In this document: positions 45,132-46,305 of the stretch, in pieces
Layout of the letters: the number at the start of each line of letters is the position of its first letter
Numbering within the stretch: the first letter of the stretch is position 1
Source of the DNA: a virus
UHGV virus genome: UHGV-1364013
DNA: 46,305 nucleotides
Strand: one strand, 5' to 3'
Position numbers and translations under genes: made by a program
The notes under the pieces: model-generated
What the model was told of the DNA's origin: nothing
Databases searched by the model: none
What the model saw: the letters and a program-made list of their open reading frames with translations, nothing else

Positions 45132-45789
45132 CTGGCGCGAAACGATACTTTCGCAGTACGACAACTCTGAACGGCTGCTGGCGCTCATCGAATCGATGAA
45201 TGCCGTCATTGAGCCCACGGCGGATATTGCGGCGTTCTATGAGTCCGTCTTTGACCCAGAAACGGCATTCGGATGGGGGCTTGACGTGTGGGGACGCATC
45301 GTCGCCATTCCGCGTACGCTTGAAGTAGAGGCGACGGACATCAAGCCGTTCGGTTTCTCCGGTTCAAACCTCAGCAACTTTGGGCACGGTCCTTTTGCAT
45401 ATGAGAGCAAATCGAACACGTTCATACTTCAAGATAACGCATATCATCTTTTGATCTGGATGAAAGCAGCTTCGAACATCACCGACGGCAGCCTCCTAGA
45501 TTTGAACAAGATCGTTCATTGGCTTTTCTCGGATCGCGGTCATATTGCCGTCGTGCATGTCGGAACGATGAAAATACGCTACGTTATCGGCTTCAAGCTC
45601 CAGCCATACGAGCGTGCGCTTCTCCTGCGCGATGACGTTCCCCCAAAGCCTGCGGGCGTCGGCTATGACGTCTATCAAGTCATCCCGAAACATACCTTCG
45701 GTTTCGCCGGATCCGGCGGTCAGAATTTCAACAACGGCGTTTTTCAGCCGTATGGAGGCCCTGTAGATGCCTATTCCCTCGACTCCTAG
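45124..45789 (+). CDS. Tail protein I-like (DUF2313)
   Basis: YDNSERLLALIESMN...ETAFGWGLDVWGRIVAIPR matches DUF2313. Confidence 0.5.
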   Translation: MDNWRETILSQYDNSERLLALIESMNAVIEPTADIAAFYESVFDPETAFGWGLDVWGRIVAIPRTLEVEATDIKPFGFSGSNLSNFGHGPFAYESKSNTFILQDNAYHLLIWMKAASNITDGSLLDLNKIVHWLFSDRGHIAVVHVGTMKIRYVIGFKLQPYERALLLRDDVPPKPAGVGYDVYQVIPKHTFGFAGSGGQNFNNGVFQPYGGPVDAYSLDS

Positions 45790-46305
45790 CATCATGCCCA
45801 ACGTCTTGGGATATGCAGCGGATACCGTGCAGATCCCTGAGACGACCCCGACAGGTCAAGGTATTCCTTCTTTCCGGGATCTCTTTCCGTTCATCACGCA
45901 GGTCGACCCGGACGCGGGCGGCGTCATGGTTGAAAGAGCGTGGATGAACGCGCTTTTCAACTTGCTTGGTCAACACGCCTTTTTCCAACAATCCGGATGC
46001 GTCTACCCGTGGCAAGCTACGCTGAACTATATCGCGGGCTCTCATGTCAAAGGAAGTGATGATGTCGAGTACATCGCGTTGCAACCTTCCGGGCCAGATG
46101 TATCGGGAACTGGAGCAAAAGACCCTGCACAGCAAGCAAACCGCGCGTACTGGGTTTCGCTTGAATCTTTTGTCTCCGGCGACTTTGTTCCAAATTCGCG
46201 GCGGGTCATCGCCGGAACGGGGCTCACTGGCGGCGGGCCGCTCTCCACTGACGTGACTCTCGCGGCGAAGCTCACGGACAGCGTGAGTCTGGCGGATTCG
46301 ACGAC
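45768..46305 (+). CDS. Tail fibre protein, N-terminal part (partial; open to the window end)
   Basis: No stop through 46305. RVIAGTGLTGGGPLSTDVTL is a fibre-type repeat. Confidence 0.5.

Overview
The window reads as a nearly complete, circularly permuted genome (about 46 kb) of a high-GC tailed phage of the myovirus type. It starts in the 3' end of a tail-fibre gene and ends in the 5' end of a tail-fibre gene. In between lie a leftward block of small early genes (Rha, Bro-N, Ead/Ea22, DUF4406, Sak4-like ATPase plus DUF669), a divergent promoter/operator region with a small HTH regulator, a rightward replication block (O-like initiator with internal iterons, Prim-Pol/helicase), two Mor/C-like late activators, RusA, a lysis cassette (M15 endolysin, holin-like and spanin-like ORFs), terS, terL, portal, a Mu-F-like protein, scaffold, capsid, connectors, sheath, tube, G/GT chaperone, tape measure and a baseplate module (V, J, I). 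I did not see an integrase or a cI-like repressor. The genome carries many selfish elements, most of them AT-rich islands: (1) an HNH cassette that splits a small gene and duplicates its 5' coding end; (2) two inteins in terL, one with a LAGLIDADG domain in the P-loop and one whose interior holds an out-of-frame HNH ORF while the intein frame stays open; (3) a complete IS200/IS605-family element (divergent tnpA/tnpB) between terL and portal at a TTAC target; (4) an IS605-derived MITE with an extra RE-like palindrome flanking an antirepressor remnant, and a solo LE hairpin that forms the 5' UTR of terS. Other notable signals: a roughly 340-nt structured non-coding region just upstream of an ORF whose first 20 codons match the RRXRR/PLMP N-terminus of IscB/HEARO-type HNH proteins but which continues as a Mor-like activator; a conserved 13-mer (CTTGTTCACGGTG) upstream of the lysis, head and connector/tail blocks (candidate late promoters); paired ATACGTAT operators in divergent early promoters; 101-bp direct repeats bracketing a Bro-N moron; and a small promoter-peptide-terminator moron after the capsid gene. 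All calls come from reading the sequence and recalling protein families; no searches were run.
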